DNA of 40,571 nt from a virus, in the IMG/VR virus record IMGVR_UViG_3300045988_122265, positions 1 to 40,571 of that record; one strand, 5' to 3'. The notes beneath the pieces were generated by a model. It saw nothing but the letters and a program-made list of their open reading frames with translations, had not been told where the DNA came from and did no database searches. Of this stretch, positions 8,109 to 17,373 are shown piece by piece. The translations under genes were made by a program, and so were the position numbers. Numbering within the stretch: the stretch's first letter is position 1; every line of letters starts with the position of its first letter.

Positions 8109-8984
8109 ATGAAAAAGATACGGGCGATAGACGACATCACCATGGCGGACTGGGAGGATATCAAGCGGCGGCGCGAGCAAGGCGCGAATCTTGACCAAGT
8201 GGGCGAGCTGTACGGCATAACGGGCGGCGCGCTGGCAAGGTATGCAAGGCTGGCGGGCGTGGATATACCGAGGCGCACAGATTATAACCCACTACCATCC
8301 ATAGAGGATATACAGCGTCTGCGCACAGAGGGCATGAAATGGGCTGACATAGCCGCGAAGTATCATGTATCGCGCGACCGACTACACAGCTACGCGCAAG
8401 AGCATGGCATAGATACGCGCTTAGTGCGCAAGCCCACACTGACACAAGTAGACTGGGATGACGTGTGCAAGCAGCGTGAGGCGGGCAAGACATGGGGCGA
8501 TATCGCGGAGCCGTATGGCATAAGTGGCCCGACGCTGCAGAAGCGTGCGGGCAGGCGTGCCATTGCCATTAGCCCCAGCAGATACGACAGGCTAAATGCC
8601 ATGCTTGACCCTGACTGGCCAGGCTGGGACGACGTGAAGCAGATGCGCAATCAGGGGGGGAAATGGAAGGATATTGCCGAGCATATCGGCGTGACTACCG
8701 TGACCTTGCGCAGGATGATGGCGCACTTGGCGCTCCGCGCGCCGACAGGCGATGCGCATAAGTATTATGACGGCGCAAGCCCCTACGAGAAAACCCTATA
8801 CTCCCAGACACTGTGCTGGTCTTGCGCCAATGCTGTGCCGGACAAGTCGGGCAAGCGCGGGTGCGCATGGAGCAGGAGCTTTAAGCCCGTCAAGGGTTGG
8901 GACGCGAACGAGACGCGGCTATACAGCGACAAGCCGACGCAATCGTACCATGTGCGGCAGTGCCCGGAATTTGTGCGGGGCTAA
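8109..8984 (+). CDS. DNA-binding protein with four tandem about 47-aa HTH repeats plus a C-terminal Cys-rich domain
   Basis: The repeat W.DI...R..G..W.DIA..YG(I/V)...L occurs 4 times. The C-terminus reads CWSCANA...GCAW....HVRQCPEF. Confidence 0.65.
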   Translation: MKKIRAIDDITMADWEDIKRRREQGANLDQVGELYGITGGALARYARLAGVDIPRRTDYNPLPSIEDIQRLRTEGMKWADIAAKYHVSRDRLHSYAQEHGIDTRLVRKPTLTQVDWDDVCKQREAGKTWGDIAEPYGISGPTLQKRAGRRAIAISPSRYDRLNAMLDPDWPGWDDVKQMRNQGGKWKDIAEHIGVTTVTLRRMMAHLALRAPTGDAHKYYDGASPYEKTLYSQTLCWSCANAVPDKSGKRGCAWSRSFKPVKGWDANETRLYSDKPTQSYHVRQCPEFVRG

Positions 8985-9104
8985 GCGACGATACCGCGGC
9001 GGGAGGGGGTATCAAAATCCCTGCGCCGTGGCGGCCCGTACCGCGGGCCCCTCAACGGAACAAAAAAATTTCGATTTTTGTGAAAAATCAGGTGAGGCAG
9101 TAGG

Positions 9105-9599
9105 ATGGACAAAAGCGATAAAGAAAAGAGACAAAACGAACGCGCGGCAGTAAGGCGGCTGCTGATGTACTGGGGCAACGCGGAACGCACGCGCACGGAC
9201 AAGGAGCGGCAGCTTGTGACGGTGGACGAAGAGATTGAAAGCCAGTATGACCTCCACCCGCAGCGCCTTACGGGTATGCCGCACGGGAGCGGGATATCTG
9301 ATGCCACATACAATGCGGCGCTAAAGGCAACGCGCGAGATAAAGCGGCTTGAGCGCAAAAAGCAGCGCCTTGAAGCCGAGCTGCAAGAGCTGAATTATCA
9401 CGCGGGCATGATAGAATTTGAGGTGATGTGTCTGCCGCCGCTGGAGTGCGAGGTAATAAAACTGCGATATGTGGAGTACGGCGTGGCGAAGAGTGGCTAC
9501 TGGGAAAAGGTGGCGCAGCGGATGCACGTATCGCAGGATTGGGCTAAGGCTTTGGAGCGGCACGGCGTGGAACGGCTTATAAATCGCATTGCCCCATAA
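9105..9599 (+). CDS. Sigma-70 region-4-like late transcription activator (RinA/ArpU/DUF1492-like)
   Basis: LPPLECEVIKLRYVEYG......W.KVAQRMHVSQDWAKALERHGVERL resembles a region-4 HTH. It is the last gene before a terminator and the late operon. Confidence 0.6.
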   Translation: MDKSDKEKRQNERAAVRRLLMYWGNAERTRTDKERQLVTVDEEIESQYDLHPQRLTGMPHGSGISDATYNAALKATREIKRLERKKQRLEAELQELNYHAGMIEFEVMCLPPLECEVIKLRYVEYGVAKSGYWEKVAQRMHVSQDWAKALERHGVERLINRIAP

Positions 9600-9652
9600 A
9601 AGTCAACACGATAAAACACGATTTACATGATATACTGATATCATCAGAAAAG

Positions 9653-9675
9653 GGCTTCCGCATGGGAGCCTTTTT
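9653..9675 (+). terminator. Intrinsic terminator separating the early/middle genes from the late operon
   Basis: GGCTTCC-gcat-GGGAGCC stem (7 bp, one G-U pair) followed by TTTTT. Confidence 0.65.
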
Positions 9676-9690
9676 GCATAGGGGGAAAGA

Positions 9691-10551
9691 ATGGACAGCT
9701 TTAAGGAGAAGATGGCGCTTGGCGACCAGATGGAAATGACGAGCGAATATGCCGCATTCGTTGAAAAATTCAAGCCGAAGAAAACAACGGATGATTGCTA
9801 CACGCCTGATAATGTATATGCCGCCGTCCTTGATTGGGCGGTTAAAGAATACGGCTTAGAGGGAGCGCGGATTATACGCCCGTTTTACCCCGGCGGGGAT
9901 TACAAGAAAGAGGATTACAGCGGGAATTGTGCGGTGATAGACAACTCGCCTTTTTCGATTTTGGCCGAGATTTGCCGCTGGTATAATCAGCGCGGCATAC
10001 GCTTTTTTCTTTTCGGGCCCGCCAAAACGATTTTTTCAGGCATCGGCTTGGACGGTATAAAATATGTCATATGCGGGCTATCGATAATGTACGATAACGG
10101 CGCGAGCGTAGATACAAGCTTTATTACAAACATGGGGCAATATAAAATTACGGTTGCTTCCGACCTATATGAAGCAATAAAAGCGGCCGATGATGAAAAC
10201 CGCAAGGAGGTTAAAAAGTCGCTGCCGAAATACGATTACTCCGACCATGTTCTGACGGCGGCAAGGATTCAACGCATTGCGAAATACGGGCAGTCATTAA
10301 GGATACGCGCCGAGGATTGCGCCTTTATCCGCGCGTTGGATAGTCAAAGGGACGCAGGAAAGACGGTTTTCGGCGGCGGCTTCCTTTTGTCAGAGAAAGC
10401 GGCAGCAGAAAAAGCGGCAGCAGAGAAAGCGGCAGCAGAGAAAGCAGCAGCGGAGAAAGCGGCGGCAGAAAAAGCGGCAGCAGAGAAAGCAGGGGCAAAA
10501 ATATGGGAGCTATCGGAGAGGGAAAAGGAAATAATAAGACGGCTTGGGTGA
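9691..10551 (+). CDS. Putative N6-adenine DNA methyltransferase with a C-terminal (EKAAA)x7 helical repeat
   Basis: TTDDCYTP and VIDNSPFSIL (variant of the NPPF motif IV), plus FFLFGP. Assignment is from memory of phage/ICE adenine-MTase motifs. Confidence 0.6.
   Translation: MDSFKEKMALGDQMEMTSEYAAFVEKFKPKKTTDDCYTPDNVYAAVLDWAVKEYGLEGARIIRPFYPGGDYKKEDYSGNCAVIDNSPFSILAEICRWYNQRGIRFFLFGPAKTIFSGIGLDGIKYVICGLSIMYDNGASVDTSFITNMGQYKITVASDLYEAIKAADDENRKEVKKSLPKYDYSDHVLTAARIQRIAKYGQSLRIRAEDCAFIRALDSQRDAGKTVFGGGFLLSEKAAAEKAAAEKAAAEKAAAEKAAAEKAAAEKAGAKIWELSEREKEIIRRLG
10393..10497. repeat. 15-bp tandem repeat x7 (GAGAAAGCGGCAGCA and variants), in frame, encoding EKAAA repeats
   Basis: Seven consecutive units were read directly. 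Variants sit at wobble and A/G positions. Confidence 0.9.
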
Positions 10552-10654
10552 CGTGGATACACACACCCGCCACCTGCAAAGAGTGCAAGCACTATGACAA
10601 AAATAAAAGGCGGTGCGGGGTGAAGGAATGCCCGTATCCGGCAAGGAGGGAAAC

Positions 10655-11476
10655 ATGCAAATACTGAAATTCAAGTATGATTTTGGGCGCGTTAACGGCA
10701 TGTACGTTACCAAGGACATTATCATGTTCAGGCGACCGATAGAGCTTTACGACCTTTCCACAGGCGAGACGCTTGCGACATTCACAAACTTGGATGATGC
10801 ATTAAACTATGTAATAGAGGGACGCACTATAGCTGAAATCGTAGAAGGCATGGACGAACTGACGGCTCCGACAGATGAAGGAGGGAGGGGAAGTTCATCT
10901 ACTGCGCCATTTAAGGGACGTTGGGAGGACAATAGCGGGAACGAGCGCGATAGTACAAAGGGCGACTTGCCTGCGAGAATGAACGTCAGGCTTGGGGCAA
11001 AAAGAACATATGGCGATATGGTAAGGACGTTTACCGAAGCGCACGGGAGCGATGAAAAAGAGCATGGAATAGTTGTGGACGCGGAAGGCTTTGCAACGAT
11101 ATACAGGCACGGGAATAAAGGCTCGATATCAGGGCTTGTGGGGAAGAACACGGAAATTGCGATACACAATCACCCGCGTGACGGTTGGCCGACATTTAGC
11201 AAAGCTGATGTGGTGAATACGGCCCTATCGTCACGCCGTGGCATAGTCGCCGTAAGCACAACCAAGGGACGCGACAAGAGCATATACGCGGAAACCGCCA
11301 AATATGCCGGAACATATACGTTTATCAAAGGCGGTCACTTTAAGGCAACGGAGTTTGTCAAGGCTGTGAACAAGGCATACCTTACAGGCAAGGATTATAA
11401 CGACGCTGTAGACAAGTGGCTGAAGAAAAACCAAAAGAAGTACGGGTATACTTACACGTATCAGCGAAATAAATAA
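10655..11476 (+). CDS. JAB/MPN (JAMM-like) metallopeptidase-domain protein with an unknown N-terminal domain
   Basis: EIAIHNHPRDGWPTFSKAD fits HxH-x(8)-S-xx-D; the canonical spacer is x7. AAGGAGGG RBS precedes ATG 10655. Confidence 0.55.
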   Translation: MQILKFKYDFGRVNGMYVTKDIIMFRRPIELYDLSTGETLATFTNLDDALNYVIEGRTIAEIVEGMDELTAPTDEGGRGSSSTAPFKGRWEDNSGNERDSTKGDLPARMNVRLGAKRTYGDMVRTFTEAHGSDEKEHGIVVDAEGFATIYRHGNKGSISGLVGKNTEIAIHNHPRDGWPTFSKADVVNTALSSRRGIVAVSTTKGRDKSIYAETAKYAGTYTFIKGGHFKATEFVKAVNKAYLTGKDYNDAVDKWLKKNQKKYGYTYTYQRNK

Positions 11477-11493
11477 ACGGCGGAGAACGAAAA

Positions 11494-12540
11494 ATGCGTA
11501 ATGAATCGGACACCACAAAAAAAGGAGCGCACGAAATTGTCCGCTTGCGCATGGACGAACTGACACTATACGCACAAAACGCAAAGCGACACCCAGCCAA
11601 ACAGGTTAGACAGATAGCCAACAGCATCGAACGATTTGGCGATAATGTCCCCATAGGGGTATGGGGCGAAAATAACGTTATAGTAGACGGGCACGGAAGA
11701 TACCTTGCAAAAAAGCTGCTGGGGCATGAGTATGCTGATTGTGTGCGGCTTGACCACATGACAGACGATGAGCGTAAAGCTTACACGCTGGCGGTTAACA
11801 AGGTGGCACTTAACAGCGGGCTTGATGACGGCATAGTACAGCTTGAACTGCAATCCATCGTCGGCATAGATATGGCCGACTTTGGCTTTAAGCCGCCAAA
11901 GGTTGACGTTGGTTATTATGGCGACGAGCGCGAGCGCACAAATGATGCTTATAACCTTAGCTACTTTCGCCCCAGCTTGGCGGCGGGCGATTGGCAAATA
12001 CCTAAGCTTGCACGGTGCGACTATATCCCCAAAGACCTGATTGGTTTTAATTACGCACTGACTTCACCACGAAAGAATGTAGGCGTGCACTTTTTTCTTG
12101 ACGACTATCAGTTTGAGCGCGTGTGGAATCAGCCCGAAAAATACGCGCGGATATTAGCGCAATATGATTGCGTGCTAACGCCTGATTTTTCGCTGTATAT
12201 GGATATGCCACGCTGTATGAAACTGTGGAATATCTATCGCAGCCGCCTTATTGGGCAAATATGGCAGGACGCGGGAATGAAGGTTATCCCAACAATGTCG
12301 TGGGCAGAAACCGAAACGTTTGAATTTTGCTTTGAGGGTATACCGCAGGGCGGCGCCGTGGCAGTCAGCACGGTTGGGGTACTGCGGGACAAAACCGCCC
12401 GCGAGATATGGCGGCAAGGAACGGATGAAATGATGCGGCGAATACAGCCGCAGACAGTAATATTGTATGGCAAAGCGATAGATTATGACTGGGGTAAAAC
12501 CAAAGTGGTAAGCTACCAGCCTAAAGCATTCGCACAATAA
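11494..12540 (+). CDS. ParB-like nuclease N-domain fused to a DUF4417-like C-domain
   Basis: ParBc-like: LTLYAQNAKRHP..Q...I..SI..FG...PI.V......IVDGHGR. DUF4417-like: VHFFLDDYQFERVW..PE.Y......YD.VLTPDFSLY.DMP...WN.YRSR. Confidence 0.65.
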   Translation: MRNESDTTKKGAHEIVRLRMDELTLYAQNAKRHPAKQVRQIANSIERFGDNVPIGVWGENNVIVDGHGRYLAKKLLGHEYADCVRLDHMTDDERKAYTLAVNKVALNSGLDDGIVQLELQSIVGIDMADFGFKPPKVDVGYYGDERERTNDAYNLSYFRPSLAAGDWQIPKLARCDYIPKDLIGFNYALTSPRKNVGVHFFLDDYQFERVWNQPEKYARILAQYDCVLTPDFSLYMDMPRCMKLWNIYRSRLIGQIWQDAGMKVIPTMSWAETETFEFCFEGIPQGGAVAVSTVGVLRDKTAREIWRQGTDEMMRRIQPQTVILYGKAIDYDWGKTKVVSYQPKAFAQ

Positions 12541-12554
12541 AAGGAGGCGGCGAC

Positions 12555-12905
12555 TTGGCAAAATATGAAGCGTGGACGCGGCCTACTGGGCTTGTGCTGT
12601 TACAAGGCTGGGCGCGGGATGGCCTGACGGATGCCGAGATTGCCGCCAAAGTGGGAATAAGCCGCAGCACGCTCGGTGAATGGAAAAATAAATACCCAGA
12701 AATAGCGGATGCACTATCACAAGGCAAGGACGTTGCGGATTATGCGGTCGAAAACTCCCTGTATAGACGCGCTCTTGCGGGAGATGTTACGGCCTGTATA
12801 TTCTGGCTTAAAAATCGCAAGCCCCACAAGTGGCGTGACAAGCCCGAAGCAAGCGAGGGAACGGAAATTGAAGACCTTACGCCGCTGGCGAATATGCTGA
12901 AATAG
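12555..12905 (+). CDS. terS: Terminase small subunit
   Basis: HTH GLTDAEIAAKVGISRSTLGEWK and the conserved ..YRRALAGDVTACIFWLKNR.P..W. TTG start after AGGAGG. Immediately upstream of terL. Confidence 0.75.
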   Translation: MAKYEAWTRPTGLVLLQGWARDGLTDAEIAAKVGISRSTLGEWKNKYPEIADALSQGKDVADYAVENSLYRRALAGDVTACIFWLKNRKPHKWRDKPEASEGTEIEDLTPLANMLK

Positions 12906-12917
12906 GGGGCGGGACGT

Positions 12918-14240
12918 ATGAAAAAGACCGCCACCATACCGTGGCAGCCGTTGAGCGAGAAGCATAAGGCATACATTCTGCGCGGCATGAACGCCCGAAT
13001 GTGCGTAGCTGAGGGCGCAATCAGAAGCGGAAAGACCATCGACCATTGCATAATGGCGGCGGCATATTTAGAAACGTGTCCCGACAAGATACATTTAGCG
13101 TCAGGCAGCACCATAGCCAACGCCAAGCTAAATATTGGGGTGTGCAACGGCTTTGGCCTTGAAAACCTTTTCCGTGGGCGTTGCCGCTGGGGGAAGTACA
13201 AGGAGAATCAAGCGCTTTTCCTTGCCACTCAGACGGGGGAGAAGGTAGTCGTATTCACGGGCGGGAAGAACTCAGACAGTTATAAGCGGATACTGGGTAA
13301 CTCTTACGGCCTGTGGATAGCCACGGAAATAAACGAGCATTATGACAGTGACGATAGCCGCGAGAGCTTTGTAAAGGTTGCTAATGGCCGTCAGCTTGCA
13401 GCCGTGCGGCCTTATACGCTATGGGACATGAACCCTTGCAGCCCGCGCCACCCGATATACACGGAGTACATAGACAAGTACCGCGACAACGGCATGAAAG
13501 GCTATGTATACGAGCATTTCACAATACGGGATAACCTGTCGATAAGCGAGGAACGACAAGCGGAAATAACCGCGCAGTATGACCCGAAAACCGTATGGTA
13601 CAGGCGCGACATACTGGGCGAGAGATGCACGGCGGAGGGGCTTGTGTATCCGAGCTTTGCCGATACGCCCGAAAGGTATATCATCGATGCGCCACCCGCT
13701 ATCCAGTATGCCAATATCGGCGTGGACTTTGGCGGGACTAAATCCGGCCACGCCTTCACGCTAACGGGCTTCACACATGGGTATAAAGAAATTGTCGTAC
13801 TGGACGAATATTACCATAATAACGCCAAGGACGGTCGCTTCAGCCCCGACCAGTTGAACGCGGCCTTTATAGACTTTGTGCGTAGGGCACAGCAAAAATA
13901 CAAGGTTGCCATTGCCCGATGCGACAGCGCGGAGCAGACGCTCATCGAGGGCTTGCGCTCAGCCGCAAGCAGGGCGGGCGTGCCGATAGGCATTGAAAAC
14001 GCGATAAAGGGTGCAATAAATGACCGCATAGCCTTTTACAACTCGTTGATGGCACAGGAGCGGTTTAAGATTATGAGCCATTGCAAAGCGACAATAGAGG
14101 CGTTGCAAACGGCCATATATGACGCGGATAAGATAGACGATGAACGCCTCGACAACGGCACAACAAACATTGACAGCCTTGACAGCATGGAGTATTCGAC
14201 AGAGGTTGAACAATCGTCGATTATGTACATAAGGAGATAG
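12918..14240 (+). CDS. terL: Terminase large subunit
   Basis: Walker A GAIRSGKT. The size (440 aa) and the position between terS and portal fit. Nuclease-type acidic residues occur in the C-terminal half. Confidence 0.85.
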   Translation: MKKTATIPWQPLSEKHKAYILRGMNARMCVAEGAIRSGKTIDHCIMAAAYLETCPDKIHLASGSTIANAKLNIGVCNGFGLENLFRGRCRWGKYKENQALFLATQTGEKVVVFTGGKNSDSYKRILGNSYGLWIATEINEHYDSDDSRESFVKVANGRQLAAVRPYTLWDMNPCSPRHPIYTEYIDKYRDNGMKGYVYEHFTIRDNLSISEERQAEITAQYDPKTVWYRRDILGERCTAEGLVYPSFADTPERYIIDAPPAIQYANIGVDFGGTKSGHAFTLTGFTHGYKEIVVLDEYYHNNAKDGRFSPDQLNAAFIDFVRRAQQKYKVAIARCDSAEQTLIEGLRSAASRAGVPIGIENAIKGAINDRIAFYNSLMAQERFKIMSHCKATIEALQTAIYDADKIDDERLDNGTTNIDSLDSMEYSTEVEQSSIMYIRR

Positions 14241-14241
14241 C

Positions 14242-15594
14242 ATGCAAGCAATAACCGAATATTTGACGCGCAACGGGTACACGGCGGTTGACGATGCCTA
14301 TTATGCGCAAATCGCCTTGTGGCAATCATGGTACCAGGGCAAGGTAAACAGCTTCCACACTTACACGCAGTACAACGGACAGCGCAAGGTAAAGCGGCAG
14401 CGCAAGACAATGGGAATGGCTAAACGTTTCTGCGAGGATTGGGCGGCGTTGCTGCTGAACGAAAAGGTGCGCATAAATGTAGGCAACCAGACGGCGCAAA
14501 CAGCGATTGACGAGATACTAAAAAACAACCGCTTTAGCGTGCGCGGAAATCAGCTCATTGAACTGGCCTTTGCTCTTGGCACGGGCGCGTTTGTCGAATA
14601 CCTTGATAACGGCGAGGTGGTAATTGATTATGTGCGCGGCAGTATGGTGTATCCGCTGGCCTGGGACAATGGTGTTATAACCGAGTGCGCCTTTGCGTCT
14701 GAGCGCAAGCTGGGTGCGGAGAAGTATATATACCTGAATATCCACCGCAAGGACGGGCAAGGGCGGTACGTTGTCGAAAACAAAATGTTCCGCCGTAACG
14801 GTGACACCATAAGCCCCGCCGACCTTCCCGAGGGCGTAGCGGACGAGGTGGTGACGGGTTCAGAGATACCGTTCTACCAGATAATCACGCCGAATATCGT
14901 CAACAACGCGGACTTATCGTCCCCTATGGGCATATCGGTATACGCCAACGCAATAGACAACCTCCAAAACATAGACCTTGTTTTCGATGCGTATGATAAC
15001 GAGTTCCGGCTCGGGAAAAAGCGTGTGCTTGTCCCGCTTACGCTGACACAGACCACAATGGCCGACAGCGGGGTAACAAAGCCTGTTTTCGATGATAATG
15101 ACGTTGAATTTTATGTGATTGATACCGGGGAGCAGAACACGCAGAAAATTGAGGAAATGAACGGCGCATTGCGGTATGACGCTTTTGAGGCGGGCATAAA
15201 GACCGCTATAAACCTTGCGGCCTATAAATGCGGCTTTGGTGAAAATCGATACCGCTTTGAGGGCGGCACGGCTATGACCGCAACGCAAGTAATATCACAG
15301 GACAGCGACCTTTTCCGCAATCTGAAAAAGCACGAGCTTATACTCGATGCGGCCTTGCAGGGGCTTATAAAGGCTATCGCGCAGATGGCGGGCATAGGCA
15401 TAGGCGAAATAACGATTGAATTTGACGATAGCATAATCGAGGACGAGGACAAGGAGCGGCAGCGCTTTATGCAGGAGATTCGGGAGGGCTTACGGCAGCC
15501 GTGGGAATACCGCGTAAAATACTTTGGAGAAGCCGAAGAACAGGCGAAGGCAATGACGGCTATACAGACTATCGCGGAAGGGTTTGAGGCATAA
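14242..15594 (+). CDS. Portal protein (SPP1 Gp6-like)
   Basis: 450 aa. Position after terL. MAKRFCEDWAALLLNEKV region is typical of SPP1-type portals. Confidence 0.8.
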   Translation: MQAITEYLTRNGYTAVDDAYYAQIALWQSWYQGKVNSFHTYTQYNGQRKVKRQRKTMGMAKRFCEDWAALLLNEKVRINVGNQTAQTAIDEILKNNRFSVRGNQLIELAFALGTGAFVEYLDNGEVVIDYVRGSMVYPLAWDNGVITECAFASERKLGAEKYIYLNIHRKDGQGRYVVENKMFRRNGDTISPADLPEGVADEVVTGSEIPFYQIITPNIVNNADLSSPMGISVYANAIDNLQNIDLVFDAYDNEFRLGKKRVLVPLTLTQTTMADSGVTKPVFDDNDVEFYVIDTGEQNTQKIEEMNGALRYDAFEAGIKTAINLAAYKCGFGENRYRFEGGTAMTATQVISQDSDLFRNLKKHELILDAALQGLIKAIAQMAGIGIGEITIEFDDSIIEDEDKERQRFMQEIREGLRQPWEYRVKYFGEAEEQAKAMTAIQTIAEGFEA

Positions 15595-16706
15595 TGCTTA
15601 CCCCCGAATACATTGACCGTGCGCCTGATGAGCTTGTGGAGCTGTACCGTCAAGCCGAAGATGATATCTTGCGGGATATGGCAAAGCGTATAAACAGCGC
15701 CGACTTGTATATACCATCCACGCAATGGCAGGAGCGGAAATTACAGGCAATGGGCATGACGCACAAAGAGATTGTGCGGCGGCTGGCTGCACTCACCCGA
15801 AAGACAAACGCGGAGATAGAAGCAATCATAAGCGATGCAGGAGCGCGGGCGTTAAGCCTTGACGCGGACGTTATGCAGACCTACAAGGGCATATCATCCG
15901 CACCATGGGTAAAAACGCTGATTGCAACAGGTGTAACGCGCACACAAGGCACGTTTAAGAATCTTACCCTTACCACGGCAAAAACCGCTACAGCGCAATT
16001 TGAGCGGGTTTTAGACCGTGCATACATGCAAGTCAGTACGGGCGCATTTGCGCAGGACAAGGCCATATTGATGGCGGTCAAAGACCTATGTGCGAGGGGC
16101 GTTGAGGCTATTACATACCCCACAGGCCGCAAGGAATATGTTGATGTTGCCGTGCGGCGGTCGATAATCACTGGGCTAAACCAAACGGCGGGCGAGGTGT
16201 CCGACAGGTTTGCAAAGGAACTGGACTATGACCTTGTAGAAGTGTCTGCCCACGCTGGCGCAAGGCCGTCACATGCCGAATGGCAAGGCAAGGTATACAG
16301 CCGGAAGGGCAAGACAGAGAAGTATGAGGACTTCTATACCGCCACGGGATACGGCACGGGGGCAGGACTGTGCGGATGGAATTGCCGCCACTCTTTCAGC
16401 GCGTATCAGGAGGGACAGGCGCGGGCGTATACCCCCGAAATGCTGGCCAAGTTTGAAGCGAAGGATTACAGCTATAACGGCAAGGCCATGACGGAGTATG
16501 AGGCCACGCAGAAGCAGAGATACATTGAGCGGCAGATAAGGCGGTATAAGCGTGAAGCAATGGCCACAAGGGACATAGGGCAGGACGCGGAAGCAGCCGA
16601 AGCGAAGGTACACGAATGGCAAAAACGTTTGACCGACTTTTGCCGACAGACAGGACTTAAAAAGAGTTTCCCCCGCGCGGTTGTGCCGGGGTATGGGCGC
16701 GATTAA
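15594..16706 (+). CDS. Head morphogenesis / minor capsid protein (SPP1 gp7 / Mu F-like)
   Basis: ARPSHAEWQGKVY and CGWNCRHSF motifs of the Phage_Mu_F domain. Follows the portal gene. Confidence 0.8.
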   Translation: MLTPEYIDRAPDELVELYRQAEDDILRDMAKRINSADLYIPSTQWQERKLQAMGMTHKEIVRRLAALTRKTNAEIEAIISDAGARALSLDADVMQTYKGISSAPWVKTLIATGVTRTQGTFKNLTLTTAKTATAQFERVLDRAYMQVSTGAFAQDKAILMAVKDLCARGVEAITYPTGRKEYVDVAVRRSIITGLNQTAGEVSDRFAKELDYDLVEVSAHAGARPSHAEWQGKVYSRKGKTEKYEDFYTATGYGTGAGLCGWNCRHSFSAYQEGQARAYTPEMLAKFEAKDYSYNGKAMTEYEATQKQRYIERQIRRYKREAMATRDIGQDAEAAEAKVHEWQKRLTDFCRQTGLKKSFPRAVVPGYGRD

Positions 16707-16830
16707 CACCGCGCTTTTTCTATGCACAAAATCCCGCAAGGGTTTTCGGATATATCACGCGCAAGCGGGCTGACGAGCATTATACGGATTATAGAGCCGA
16801 CGGGCTGAAAACGGGAAAAGGAGAAAAACA

Positions 16831-17367
16831 ATGGCAGAAGAAAACAACCAGAACCAGCAGCAGAATCAGCCGAACGCGGAGCAGATAGCTAACAGCATTG
16901 TAGCCGCGATAGAGGCAAGGAGCAAGCGGACAGAAAACGGCATAGTGAAAAGCTATGCGGAGCAGTACGGTATGACGGAAGCCGAAATCACGCAGATTCT
17001 TGACAGCGCAAAGAAGCAGAAGGCGGCACAGCCTACACCGGAGCAGCAGGCCGCAATGGACAAGCGGCTTGATATGGCGAATGGGCGTTTGATATCTGCC
17101 GAGATAAAGGCCGTCGGCGGCAACCTTGGGCTTTTGGACGCGGACGCGGCAAGCGCACTGATGGACAAATCCAAAGTAAAGGTTAAAGACGATGGCACGG
17201 TAGAGGGCGTGAAAGAAGCCCTCGAAGCATTGAAGAAGAATAAGCCTTACCTTTTCAATGCCGCGCCCCAAAGGACGGGAATGCGGCAAAACGGGACGGA
17301 GGGCAAAGAACCCCCGCACGCAGCAGCCAACGCGGCTTTGCGTGCTTTGTTTGTGAAAGGAGAATAA
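16831..17367 (+). CDS. Scaffolding protein
   Basis: Q/N/E/K-rich helical protein directly upstream of the major capsid gene. GGAGAAAAAC RBS. Confidence 0.65.
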   Translation: MAEENNQNQQQNQPNAEQIANSIVAAIEARSKRTENGIVKSYAEQYGMTEAEITQILDSAKKQKAAQPTPEQQAAMDKRLDMANGRLISAEIKAVGGNLGLLDADAASALMDKSKVKVKDDGTVEGVKEALEALKKNKPYLFNAAPQRTGMRQNGTEGKEPPHAAANAALRALFVKGE

Positions 17368-17373
17368 AAAAAC

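Noticed and set aside
10393-10497. 15-bp x7 tandem repeat as a CRISPR-like or non-coding array
   Set aside because: The units are contiguous with no spacers, are in frame, and encode EKAAA repeats within the methyltransferase ORF.
10548-10667. 39-aa Cys-rich ORF (GTG start; TWIHTPATCKECKHYDKNKRRCGVKECPY...) bridging the methyltransferase and JAB genes
   Set aside because: The CxxC...C...C pattern looks protein-like. However, the ORF has no RBS and a GTG start inside the upstream stop, and it overlaps the RBS and start of the JAB gene. The evidence is too weak to call.
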